A stretch of DNA of 64,000 nt from positions 1,178,001 to 1,242,000 of the forward strand of contig NC_027217.1 of assembly GCF_000981445.1 (NCBI RefSeq). Reading direction: 5' to 3'. The notes beneath the pieces were generated by a model that worked only from the letters and a program-made list of their open reading frames with translations, was not told where the DNA came from and made no database searches. This document shows positions 12,536-24,500 of the stretch, one piece after another (position 1 is the first letter of the stretch; the number at the start of each line of letters is the position of its first letter). Both the position numbers and the translations under genes were made by a program. This stretch comes from Babesia bigemina (taxonomy: Eukaryota).

Positions 12536-14470
12536 CTAATTTGTGAAAATGAACATGATGAAATCGATCATATCCCGAGCATTTATGCCAAAAGATACCT
12601 GAAATGTGCTTTCTCGTAAGTTGGTAAGTCGCCTTAGTACCACTTGAATCCTCCACTCCGCAATCTCCAAATAGAGATCGTATAGCCGTTCCATGACCGC
12701 CTTGCAATTGCGATCTTCCTTGCCGCAGATAAATACAGGCTCTCTGTCGCATATCACCTTATGATACAGCAGCAACCTGGATTTTTGATCGACTATGTTT
12801 GACCCGAAATAACAGTGTAATTCGTGTTTTGTAGAAGTTGAATAAATTGCGCATTTTCTCTCTGGGTAGCTCTTCCGAAGTACTTTTCGACGTCCCCCGT
12901 TTTTGCATATAGCACATTTAAGCGTCCTAAGTTTTTCCAACATACACAGGACATTGGTGTCGCTCATTGTGTCGTTGCTTATATCAAGCTTATCCTTCAT
13001 AACCATCAACGAATCGTATCTCTCACATGCTTGAAAGCCCGATTTGCTGGGTATATCGCGCACGCCTGTTGGTGGCAGCAGATTGGTTATGAACAAAAAC
13101 AATTGTCTATAAATGTCACCACTAATCCCAAATTCGAAATGCAGCATTTGATCAGGTTGCACTGGTTTCCACTTGATGTCTATATAAAATACGCATGTCT
13201 TCATTGTTGTAACACTTTCATGTTGCGCATCAGCCTCGTATTTTTTCTGTGGACTCTCCATACCACTACCTACCGAGTTGCTAAAACCATGTGAGCCTGT
13301 TGATTTTACGGCCGATATATGATTGTATATATTTTGCGAATCGCTCCTTTTGGCCACAGTAGTTTCGCCTTGCAAACGCTGCATCGTCATCCATTTGGTG
13401 TTGGTGTTCTTAATAGTTGGGATTTCCATCGTATCTGTAACTGACACATCACCCGTGTGTGCATTTTGGGGGGGTCTCGCATTCCCCTGACCGTGTGCTA
13501 CGACGTTCATGCCAACAGATTCATGAACATTCGGCGGCGTATATCTTTGTGTTTGTCCTGAGGTCGATTTCGATGGATTCACGATATAAGATTTAGCGAA
13601 CGAAGCCTCCCTGTCATACATGTGCAATTGGTGAGGTTGCTCGGACCGTAAAACACGGTTGCAAGGATGTAGCGTTTGCATATTAAGTCGCTGCACCCTT
13701 TGTACATGAAGTTGCAGTCCTGTATCACCCTCTGGAGCGTGCGGTCTATTAACTGATATGCGCATATGGTTTGAAATCCCGGATGTACGAGTATCACTCA
13801 CGTTTTCGGCCAATCTCAAATTGCTAGCCGACATTCCAGCAGCTCCGATTTGTGTTACAGGTAGCCGTTGCGTATCCTCTGTACAGGGGATTGTAGTACA
13901 ATAATCACCTCCATTGTATGACCGAGATTGCGTAGCGGTATTTATAGGCATAAGAACGTGGTTTGACAAGTGTCGAGAGTGTGCAGGGCTGCGAAAGTAA
14001 ACATCCGCCTGGTAGTTCATGCTGTCCATCGTTGTTGCGGTGATAGGGGACCGAACGCGTCCTGCGCCATCATATGCAGCAATAATACCTGTTAACCCAG
14101 CATCATGCCGTTGCATTTCGGAACCGTATCCAAAGAGTGGAGCACGTGATCCCGCCCCGTTGTGGGCACGCCTATCATGTGTAGTAGCAGCCTTCAAATT
14201 GTGCATCGGGATATGTTGGGGTGCATTGGCTACTATGTCTTGGTTCGCTCGCATCATCAGATTGTTATCTGTAGAGTTCGCGTATCTCAAGGTCGCGGCC
14301 CTGCCTGTGAATGCTGCGGTGCCAATCATCTGGGGCATTTGATGACCCATATGCGGATGACTCATAATCAATTGTCCCGATGAGGGAGATTGAACATTTT
14401 GTACGACTGGCACCCATGTCAATGTCCCATTTTTGTAAACTGGCACCACACTATTGGTATTGTTCTGCAT
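12536..14470 (-). CDS. Hypothetical protein, 644 aa; Q/M/N/H-rich N-terminal region and globular C-terminal ~210 aa
   Basis: Long uninterrupted ORF; no family recognised. Confidence 0.75.
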   Translation of the reverse strand: MQNNTNSVVPVYKNGTLTWVPVVQNVQSPSSGQLIMSHPHMGHQMPQMIGTAAFTGRAATLRYANSTDNNLMMRANQDIVANAPQHIPMHNLKAATTHDRRAHNGAGSRAPLFGYGSEMQRHDAGLTGIIAAYDGAGRVRSPITATTMDSMNYQADVYFRSPAHSRHLSNHVLMPINTATQSRSYNGGDYCTTIPCTEDTQRLPVTQIGAAGMSASNLRLAENVSDTRTSGISNHMRISVNRPHAPEGDTGLQLHVQRVQRLNMQTLHPCNRVLRSEQPHQLHMYDREASFAKSYIVNPSKSTSGQTQRYTPPNVHESVGMNVVAHGQGNARPPQNAHTGDVSVTDTMEIPTIKNTNTKWMTMQRLQGETTVAKRSDSQNIYNHISAVKSTGSHGFSNSVGSGMESPQKKYEADAQHESVTTMKTCVFYIDIKWKPVQPDQMLHFEFGISGDIYRQLFLFITNLLPPTGVRDIPSKSGFQACERYDSLMVMKDKLDISNDTMSDTNVLCMLEKLRTLKCAICKNGGRRKVLRKSYPERKCAIYSTSTKHELHCYFGSNIVDQKSRLLLYHKVICDREPVFICGKEDRNCKAVMERLYDLYLEIAEWRIQVVLRRLTNLRESTFQVSFGINARDMIDFIMFIFTN

Positions 14471-16002
14471 CGTCGTTTAATCAATGTTAACCTCTCATGT
14501 TTTGCTGAAATATTTTGTAAGACATGTACAAGTGGCTCCTTCCTATCCAACTTATGCGATACGGCGCTTGGCCCGTAACTAGCCCTGCGCAGGTTATTCA
14601 ACTACGATGATTCACGGGTGTTGTGATGAATGAAAAGGCTAAAATTGTTTTCTATTATATCCGTACTATCAGCGAGGCCGTGTAAGATGGGGAATCTGTG
14701 CTATGCGGGCCGGAGTGTGTCTGCCTAACCCCGCCATTGTAAAGATCTTATTTTAAAAGTGGAACTAAACAGTTATTTCAGACAGCCACGCTCCACAAAT
14801 TAGTGTTGTATTTAACTACTTGCAGTGCTATGGGCTTCGCGATGCCCACCAACTCTGACAGCTGTATGTGTAATCTGGCAGGAAATCGGTTTGCAGCAAT
14901 CGTAAGAATCTTTCTCAGATTCCTGCTTGCTATAATTTAGAAATGCGCGTATGATTACCTTATTTGTACTTGAATAATGAAACGCGCCACGTCAGAGTCA
15001 CCGCGTATCAGGTTAACCCGGCATTCGCTGTAGCCCAGAGCGCCAAAGTTCAGCAGCACGTTCGACCCGAAGAAGCATTCCAAAATGAGTCCTTTTATCA
15101 TATGAACTGGATCCTTATCTTCACAATCCCTAGGACATACTCTTTGAACGTGGTGAGGCAGTGTGTGCCAAACATTCATGACAAAATGGGCAAATACGAT
15201 GAAAATGTACACGAACTCATTCATAAGCCCTTCATCTATATAACGGCACCGGCTATATCTAAAACCCACAAGGCTATGCGTACGTAGATCGAATTGTCTA
15301 CCGTCGCCCCTCTCACCGCGGAGCACCTAGAGTTTCCTCGACCGCCCATAGATGTGACCCCTGCCTCCTTTGTAGCCGTGTCTATAGCCGCATCGTATAG
15401 TGAAGTGGCTGTGGGTGACGCGAAAACGCGTTCCGCATATGCTTTTTGTTTACGTTTAGAACCGTCGATCGTATCCTTTTAAAGATACCACTCTATGACA
15501 CCAGAAGTTGATCAAATCAAGTACAAATGCTAAAAAATAGCCAACTTGCTATCTAGTTTAACAGTACGGCCGTAAAACCTATTTGGCTGCGGATTTACAC
15601 CTTGATCGTTACCACTGCATTATAAGTTCAGAATAGAGCTCACCCCACTCACCGTGTATCAATGTAAAAGTAATAGATTCGATTTGATGCGAATTTGAGG
15701 CACTGTGCGCTCTAGTTCAGGACGACGAGGTGATCGCGCAGTGGTGATTCCCACCCCATTATGTTCGTACGAAGAAGTTACCAAAGGAAAACCGGCGTAC
15801 GTATAATTTTCCTAATACACCAATACGGCGTTCTGGCATACACAAAGAAGTAAGTGGCCCCCGCGTATAAATAGGATTTACTGTGCGTAGCGTCGTTGCC
15901 ACTGGACTACTTTTTGTTGTGTCGACCATTTGAGGAGCCACCTTCATTGAGATTGACGAGCATATCAAAATTATTTCTCTCGTTTGTCGTTTTCGATTCG
16001 GA

Positions 16003-16274
16003 ATGGTATGTTTGCTTGCCGAGGGTCCTGCCGCTTTCATCTGTATCATGTTTATTGTTCTCTAACTTCCCTAATATTTCTCGCAGGGGGCCCTCAAATC
16101 AACTACTCTTAAAAGGCATTTGGGTAAGAAAATGAAGCAAAATCGTCCATTGCCGCACTGGTTCCGTCTCAAGACAGACAACAAGATTCGGTATGTTGCG
16201 TTTTTCCTATAGTGACCTTTTACAGGTACAATGCTAAAAGGAGGTACTGGAGACGCACCAAACTTAAGGTGTGA
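16003..16274 (+). CDS. RPL39: 60S ribosomal protein L39 (eL39); 3 exons (ATG only; 16087-16190; 16226-16274)
   Basis: Spliced translation [51 protein letters not shown]; canonical GT..AG introns 16006-16086 and 16191-16225. Confidence 0.95.
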
Positions 16275-16902
16275 GTGCGATTGCTGCTTTAAACCGTGAA
16301 TTAAGTATCTATCAGTAAGCAGCGTGAGTCGCGTGTGTGCATTGAATGTTCCTGCCAACGAGGAAGCGGGGCTTTATGTATTTGGATTTTGCAATACAAC
16401 GTCTGCAATAACTCCCACTCTTTGTGCCGCGTGTATTTCGAGGTTGCTAAATATCGATGTACTGCGTCAGTTGGCTTATGTGTGATTGGGCGCGTTCGTA
16501 GTTGTACAAAATTGTCCGGCTTCCTCTGCCTTCATTATAGACTATAACAAACACAAAATGTGTATGTATTTACGAGCAACACTCAACTTTGCAAACGATA
16601 ATAGGCTTATTTGGTTGTTGCCCTACCACCATATGTGTTGTGGCCTTTCGGCCGGATGAGGGGCGATTGGTCCTAAAAATAAAAGTGCATATTTGACAAT
16701 GGCAGTGGGTATGAATACTAATTTCGGGAGGACTCTAGCCTCATCAGTGTACCTCTTCCGTCCATCCAGAGCGAAAGGAACCGTCGCTTGTGCCGCTAAA
16801 CGGCCATTTGCATCCGCACATCATGTACGTTGACACGCATATAAACAGCATTATCCTTATAAGTGTGTAATTCGCAGTGATGCGATAACCGGTTTGCGAG
16901 AG

Positions 16903-16924
16903 TATATATATATATATATATATA
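16903..16924. repeat. (TA)11 microsatellite
   Basis: Read directly from the sequence. Confidence 0.9.
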
Positions 16925-17308
16925 CGTACGCTAGACGGTTGCATCATTTTCCATATTAAGTGCGATGCATATTGCGTTCGCATATCGAATGGTAGTACTT
17001 CACACGCTTATACCGTGTTGAGCCTTATATATATGGTTAGTGCTGTTGTGTAAAGCGCCTATGTGTCGTGCTGTCTTCCCTTGTACAGCAGGCCTTAGTG
17101 TAGCCTTCTTCTCATGGATGATAATTCATTCGCACGCAGTCGTTGCACAATGCGAGCCCTAGGCTACCTTTGACCTATTACAAGGCTAGTTCAAGAGCCA
17201 TGGAGTCTATGAACCACCGCGTATTTTACGCAAACTGGATTTTTGTAGTGGCTGTTTACGACATCTTTACTGCATATGTCGACTTCTGAACATTATTTAA
17301 ATTTGAAC

Positions 17309-18132
17309 TCATCTCCACGACTTGTACAGCGCAAAGGCGCACAATGATGCCATTACAACGAAAAGCGATCCTTTCATAGCGTCATCAGACAAGATGTCGA
17401 AAAGGAGGCTGCGGAGGGAAAGAGCCGCATGGTTCCTGGGCTCCTATACTTATTTAACAATTCAAACGAATGGTGTCCGTATTATATAGCATTATGACTT
17501 ACCAAACGTAACAACATATCCAAATGCCGTCTGGCCTTTTTGTATTCCCTCTTCCTCATATGGCAAAGAGCCAACTGGTACATGCATTGCACGCTACGTT
17601 CATGAGTTAGACACCCGGAAGATATATGTCTCAAGTATAGGTATTTGGATAATGGATTAAAGGGTGATATGGCTGGATATGATGCCCATGTATCAGTCAA
17701 CAACTGGTGTCATACTATACGACTCATGTTTGATAGCGGAAATTTCGGATATTTAAACAAGACCAATATATGGATCACTCACCTATTAAATCTAATTCTA
17801 AGGAGCTCTTCGAATAATTCAATCGATAAATTGATGTGGTTGCTTTGCATGGAACACATGAGCATACAGGCGTAGTCATACTGGACCTTTACAGATGGCT
17901 GGTAATTTCTGATGCCCTGCAAGTTGTCAGGCTTAAATAACTAATGCGTGAGACACGAGCACAACAGTTGCGTAGAATGCTGCAATGTGCGGAAGGCCAT
18001 TACACATTGCGGCGCGCCTTAATGCAAATCCGTTTTGAAACTCCACCCATACGTAACGCAACATTAACTTGCCTCTTCGTATTCCTGCTTCAAGCGATCA
18101 ATTTCAAACTGGATATCTTCGATGTTCGCCAT
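17309..18132 (-). CDS. FIS1: Mitochondrial fission 1 protein (TPR + C-terminal tail anchor), multi-exon
   Basis: Exons give [49 protein letters not shown] and the tail anchor [21 protein letters not shown]. Confidence 0.85.
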
Positions 18133-18713
18133 GTCTAAATACGTGTACGTTCCACGACAATGAAAAAGGAATATCCGCCGTCTTATTTTTCTCCGCGATT
18201 AAAGTCTATTTTCTATAGTGGATATACAAGCAAATAGAAGGCAACTCATAATAAATGAGGAAGGCGACGATTGTTTATTTCGCAAAAAAGGCTTAGATTC
18301 GCATACATTCCTCGATCCCCAGAGGGCAACACACACCTTTACGGGATGTGCATCCGCAGTAGCATAGCACGAGATTTTTGTTATCGAAAAGTACACATCA
18401 TGCTAAGCTTATAGTTGTTTGCAACCTATGTTTCACGTATTCTGTGCTTCTGTGGTCGGGGAGAGATCCTCCACTGAGGATATTGCAATGTAGTAAACTT
18501 GTCTTTATGGTCATTTAGTCACTCAATGAAGCAGATTTTTACGTGATTCCGGTTATTTCATTAGTACGTATGATTCGTCGGGGATTCTACACCTTCGATT
18601 CCACGTGTTTTAGCGGCCTTCGCTGCTACAGAGACGACATGCAAGTCACTCTCTCCGGTGTGTTACTTGCTTTTGCTAGTTTTGTCACTATACGTAATTA
18701 CAAGTGTTATTTT

Positions 18714-20281
18714 ATGACAAAAGTATTTGTAATTTGGGGTCTGGCGATCGTATCTTCTGTACATGTGAGAACATCTCTGCGTCGTACGAACGCGACGTTG
18801 TCTTCAGTGTCCATCTTGGATTCTGCAGTCGTACAAAAGAGTTTATATAGTAAAATGCATAATGTTGCAGGTTTCATCTGTGCGTCTAAAAGGATAGGGA
18901 CATCAGATCTAGGACATTTTACAGATGGCTCCATTGCTTCCAAAAAACGCGTGTTTGTAAGCCGTGATCAAATGTTGACGAGTGTGTTATATTCTCCCAA
19001 AGCGATAAGTGATGAATTGGAGATAGGTGAGCGATGTTCCGAAGGGTTCACGTTACGTGAGCATAGGGATAAATCTTGTTCCGGAGTAAATTACTACAAG
19101 GTTGTGTCCGTAACGGAGGGCTGCAATGACTGCGAAATACGGCAGAAATACTAAGAACTCATGGAATCTTTTAGATCCTTGCGTTGTGTGGACCCTCGCA
19201 TTAAGCGAACTATAAAGAAGGCCTATAAAGTCCTGTCTGATCCTACATTGCGTGCAATGTATGATGCAAACTTAAAGAGTTCCGCGTACAATAGGGAATC
19301 ACCGAATTGTGCTAATGTGATGACCGGCTCGTGGCTTGATTGTCACGCTGATGAAGACTATGTGATGGAAAACGATAGCAACTGTGACACTACCTCTGCT
19401 TCCAGCTACTCTCCCGAAAACAAAATGACAGTTTTGAGTGGGCGCCCGAGGAACATTTTTGGAAGTAATGGCAAATCCTTTGTTAGGGATTATTCCGTTT
19501 CGGAAGATCTTGATATTGTTACTGAAGTTGGTGTAGGTCTGATGGATTTAATTTTTGGAGGCACTGTAGAAGTCAGTCTTAATAAATTTGGCAATTGCCA
19601 AAATTTCAGCTGTGAGAATTGAGGTCCGAGCAAGTATGTGGCAGCTTGTGGAAACTGTCGGGGCACTGGCATGATTTCTAAAGGTTAGCGTACTCCCTTC
19701 GGTTATATTTCAACCTCTAGAAGCTGTGTAACTTGCAGTGGATGTGGGTTTGAACGAATCAAAAATTGCCTAAAGTGTAACAACATGGGTCGCATTCACC
19801 ATAAATGTGTCGTTAAGGTGCCTATCCCACATGGAACAAAACCGATTTCAATGCTTAGGGTGATAGGTTGTGGGCACTTTGGTGGCAATTATTCGCGCCC
19901 AGGTGACTTCTACGTTGCGACTAGTGTATGTCTAATTTTATTCATGATTGCCAAGATCATTTCTGCCGATAACGAAAACGAATATTTTGAAGGTCAGAAA
20001 GTGTGTACGACGGCTGCTTCGGATTATGCAGACGGTGTACTAGGAGTAACGGTAAGTTGGGTTTACGATGTGCACATAATACGCAGATAGACGTCAAGAC
20101 ATTTTGTGGCACCAAGCATGTAAATGTGCCCCAAGGAACACAGCACTGCGATGAGGTGCTAGTTGGAAATTATGAGGGTATCGAGCATGTTATTAAAATA
20201 CACGTATCGCTACCCATTGAACCGTCGCAAGAGGAAATTTCGCTACTTAGTAAGATCAGAGATCTGAAACAACGAAATTAA
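18714..20281 (+). pseudogene. Type I DnaJ/Hsp40 (J-like domain, CxxCxGxG zinc finger, C-terminal domain) with three in-frame stop codons
   Basis: One frame reads NYYKVVSV..EIRQKY*ELM..IKKAYKVLSDPTLRAMYD..CEN*GPSKYVAACGNCRGTGMISKG*RTPFGYISTSRSCVTCSGCG..CLKCNNMG..VPQGTQH. Stops are TAA 19152-19154, TGA 19620-19622 and TAG 19686-19688. HPD motif absent. Confidence 0.8.
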
Positions 20282-20459
20282 TGCATTGCCATCTATTAAT
20301 TGTCGGCTTCCCGTTATTCGTAGGCAAACACGCATGTCAAACAATTCCTGTGCTGCGAAAATGCGGTGCGCATATGGCCGAATTCCTTATGTAAAAGCTA
20401 TTCTAATAGAATTTGTCTGGTTAATAAATCTTTCTTTTAAGTTTTCTTCTGCGGTTCAT

Positions 20460-21575
20460 GTGGCATGAGTTGATGCTAGCGTCTGCCGGGGTGGAGTTGC
20501 AGGCGGTTGGTCTCGGGTGCCGATTCCACGGCGTACTGTTTCTGAATGCCGTTTTTGTCATTTGTGCTACCACCCAGCTTGGGTGAGAGCAGCACTCATG
20601 GTCTCGCGATGACTTCCGTCCCTGTCCACCATCTCACACATTAGACAAGGTATCAATTGGCAACGTGTCGACTAGCGGATCTCTCATACCGTAGACTACA
20701 TCAACGAATCATCATACCGTAACAACTACTAAGCAATACACTGGGCACGTCGTGGAAGTTCACGCCGAGACCACGGACCCCTGCCTACAAGGCTGCGGTG
20801 TCACATACGCATCCACTGAGCTTTTCAAGCCTGAGACGACCAGTGTCTGCGACGCCTACGGCAGAGAAATTGGTTGCAAGATAGGCCTCCATGCTGCGGG
20901 CAATGCGGTCTTCTAGTGCCCGACTCCTTACGTGCTGGACCCGCCCAACTGCTTCGACCAGGTCTCCGTGAACGGCAAAGTGAAGAACGTAAGCTATGTC
21001 AGCAAGTCGTTTGTAGCATCTCGGAGTAATCACTTTGTTATACTGCGGTTCGACAGTGAACTCATTGGACCGGGGGAGACCCTGCGCCAGACACCGCCGT
21101 TGGAGTGCCACTGTGCCACCATAAAGGGCACAGTCCTCTCCACCATCTAAATCGAGAACTACGACTCACAGTATTGATTAGCTCATATACGATGACGCTT
21201 CGGTGAATGATGCGAATAAATTGGTTTCGCTTGTTGATGAGGACCTGCCTTTTGGTACCAGTGGAAGTGTACCTTGGGCTGGTGGTAATAATTGCGGTAG
21301 CCAAGTCAACAACGCATCGTACTGTTATCATATGTGTCTGCAACTAACACGGTTGTCAATGGGGCCGTTTAATAACCTGAGTTGGAGCCACACGACAGCA
21401 TCCCCTGTTGCTCATCGCACCTGCCGGATCGAGGGAGGTATGCCACATCACCCAATACCGCTGCTCACATTTAGAAACCTTGGCGATGCGCCTAACACGC
21501 GACTAAGAGCACCAAATTAAATCTGCCAGTGGAATGCAGGTACTCCACCAAAGTGGATGGGCCGCCACGCCGACA
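20460..21575 (+). repeat. Left arm of 1116-bp inverted repeat
   Basis: Runs GTGGCATGAGTTGATGCTAG ... GCCGCCACGCCGACA. Paired coordinates sum to 53232 at both ends (no net indel). About nine substitutions seen by eye. ORF pairs mirror each other (20785-21111/32121-32447; 21203-21520/31712-32029). Confidence 0.97.
20695..21177 (+). pseudogene. s48/45 (6-Cys)-type domain gene fragment, left copy
   Basis: Frame reads HVVEVHAETTDPCLQGCGVTYASTELFKPET...IGCKIGL...AVF*CPTPYVLDPPNCFDQV...NHFVILRFD...PPLECHCATIKGTVLSTI*IENY, with the GC..C..CP..CF..CxC pattern. Stops TAG 20914-20916 and TAA 21148-21150; no 5' part. Confidence 0.75.
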
Positions 21576-24500
21576 CCGCTGCGGACGGGCTCTGAGGCAG
21601 GCGGGTCGCGGGCACTGGCGGTGGCACCAGGCGTCATGAGACGACGATAGCAATGACCGAGGCTGCCTGGCACCACACTTGCTGAAATAACACTTGCTGG
21701 CACTCGACCAGCTGCTACCTGTGGATCCACCGCCGCCGGCACGCCTGGGGAGGGTCTGTGGCGCCGGGTGGAGTCGCTGGGTGAGACATCGCCAGACCGC
21801 GGCAGGCGCTGCGCAGCACATGATGTGACCTGGTGTCACGGTATAGCTGCTCTATATGTACCATCCACCGACACGCATCCGGGCAGTCCGGGAGCGGCGC
21901 TGCCGGCACGCCTGCGGAGCCGCCACGGCCAACTGCAGCTGCGGCTGTACGGCACGCCAGACCGCGCCAGTGTCGCGCTGGTGCCACATTGGTGTGGTTA
22001 TGTGCCTGTGTTGCCTCCCTATCCTAGCCCACATCCGCCCGTTGTGCCGGGCTCCGGTGCGTGACGCCTGCGGGCGGGGTGCCCGGACTGGGGGCTTGGC
22101 AGTCGAGGCACCGGAGGGATGGCAGCTAGGGCACGGCAGTGAAGCAGTGCTCGCAGATGACATATTGGACCAGGTTTGGCGCAGTGCTGCGTGTTGTAGG
22201 CCTTGTCTGTCTGCCTCGCTCCACGCCCCCGGCGCCGCGCAGCCGCCGTGTCAGCGGATACGGGGTCTAGCAGATACCACAACTCATTGCGCTACCGGCA
22301 CCAGGCAGGCACGGACGTAGTATGGTACGCACTTCTATGTGGCTGTGATGGCCTGGCTCGCAACACCCGTCACCCTGCCGCCACCGCCGCCACGCCTACA
22401 CCGCTGCGGACGGGCTCTGAGGCAGGCGGGTCGCGGGCACTGGCGGTGGCACCAGGCGTCATGAGACGACGATAGCAATGACCGAGGCTGCCTGGCACCA
22501 CACTTGCTGAAATAACACTTGCTGGCACTCGTCCAGCTGCTACCCGGGCATCCACTGCCGCCGGCACGCCTGGGGAGGGTCTGTGGCGCCGGGTGGAGTC
22601 GCTGGGTGTGACATCGCCAGACCGCGGCAGGCGCAGCGCAGCACACGATGTGACCTGGTGTCGCGGTATAGCTGCTCTATATGTACCATCCACCGACACG
22701 CATCCGGGCACTCCGGGAGCGGCGCTGCCGGCACGCCTGCGGAGCCGCCACGGCCAACTGCAGCTGCGGCTGTACGGCACGCCAGACCGCGCCAGTGTCG
22801 CGCTGGTGCCACATTGGTGTGGTTACGTGCCTGTGTTGCCTCCCTATCCTAGCCCACATCCGCCCGTTGTGCCGGGCTCCGGTGCGTGAGGTCTGCGGGC
22901 GGGGTGCCCGGACTGGGGGCTTGGCAGTCGAGGTACCGGAGGGATGGCAGTTAGGGCGCTATAGTGAAGCAGTGCTGGCAGATGACATATTGGACCAGGT
23001 TTGGCGCAGTGCTGCGTGTTGTAGGCCTTGTCTGTCTGCCTCGCTCCACGCCCGCCGGCGCCGCGCAGCTACCGTGTCAGCGGATACGGGGTCTAGCAGA
23101 TACCACAACTCATTGCGTTACCGGTACCAGGCAGGCACTGATGTAGTATGGTACGCACTTCTATGTGGCCGTGATGGCCTGGCTCCCAACACCCGTCACC
23201 CTGCCGCCACCGTCGCCACGCCTACACCGCTGGGCGGACGGCCTCTGAGGCAGGCGGGTCGTGGGCACTGGCGGTGGCACCAGGCGTCATGAGACGATAC
23301 TGTCATCGGAGCTGCCTGGCACCACACTTGCTGAAATAACACTTGCTGGCACTCGTCCAGCTGCTACCTGTGGATCCACCGCCGCCGGCACGCCTGGTGA
23401 GGGTCTGTGGCGCCGGGTGGAGTCGCTGGGTGGAGTCGCTGGGTGTGACATCGCCAGACCGCGGCAGGCGCAGCGCAGCACACGATGTGACCTGGTGTCG
23501 CGGTATAGCTGCTCTATATGTACCATCCACCGACACGCATCCGGGCAGTCCGGGAGCGGCGCTGCCGGCACGCCTGCGGAGCCGCCACGGCCAACTGCAG
23601 CTGCGGCTGTACGGCACGCCAGACCGCGCCAGTGTCGCGCTGGTGCCACATTGGTGTGGTTACGTGCCTGTGTTGCCTCCCTATCCTAGCCCACATCCGC
23701 CCGTTGTGCCGGGCTCCGGTGCGTGAGGTCTGCGGGCGGGGTGCCCGGACTGGGGGCTTGGCAGTCGAGGTACCGGAGGGATGGCAGTTAGGGCGCTATA
23801 GTGAAGCAGTGCTGGCAGATGACATATTGGACCAGGTTTGGCGCAGTGCTGCGTGTTGTAGGCCTTGTCTGTCTGCCTCGCTCCACGCCCGCCGGCGCCG
23901 CGCAGCTACCGTGTCAGCGGATACGGGGTCTAGCAGATACCACAACTCATTGCGTTACCGGTACCAGGCAGGCACGGACGTAGTATCGTACGCACTTCTA
24001 TGTGGCTGTGATGGCCTGGCTCGCAACACCCGTCACCCTGCCGCCACCGCCGCCACGCCTACACCGCTGCGGACGGGCTCTGAGGCAGGCGGGTCGCGGG
24101 CACTGGCGGTGGCACCAGGCGTCATGAGACGATACTGTCATCGGAGCTGCCTGGCACCACACTTGCTGAAATAACACTTGCTGGCACTCGTCCAGCTGCT
24201 ACCCGGGCATCCACTGCCGCCGGCACGCCTGGGGAGGGTCTGTGGCGCCGGGTGGAGTCGCTGGGTGTGACATCGCCAGACCGCGGCAGGCGCAGCGCAG
24301 CACATGATGTGACCTGGTGTCACGGTATAGCTGCTCTATATGTCCCATCCACCGACACGCATCCGGGCAGTCCGGGAGCGGCGCTGCCGGCACGCCTGCG
24401 GAGCCGCCACGGCCAACTGCAGCTGCGGCTGTACGGCACGCCAGACGCCGCCAGTGTCGCGCTGGTGCCACATTGGTGTGGTTACGTGCCTGTGTTGCCT

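Noticed and set aside
14830..15482. Gene from ORFs 14964-15287 and 15294-15482 (+) or 14955-15326 (-)
   Set aside because: No recognisable domain, and the splice models I tried hit stops. Strand and coding status could not be decided.
16715..16755. Hammerhead-like CTGATGA...GAAA on the minus strand
   Set aside because: Stem II has only two pairs, and stems I and III lack convincing complements.
19620..19622. Selenocysteine TGA in the DnaJ zinc finger, or an alternative genetic code
   Set aside because: The same frame also has TAA and TAG stops, and neighbouring conserved genes use all three stops normally.
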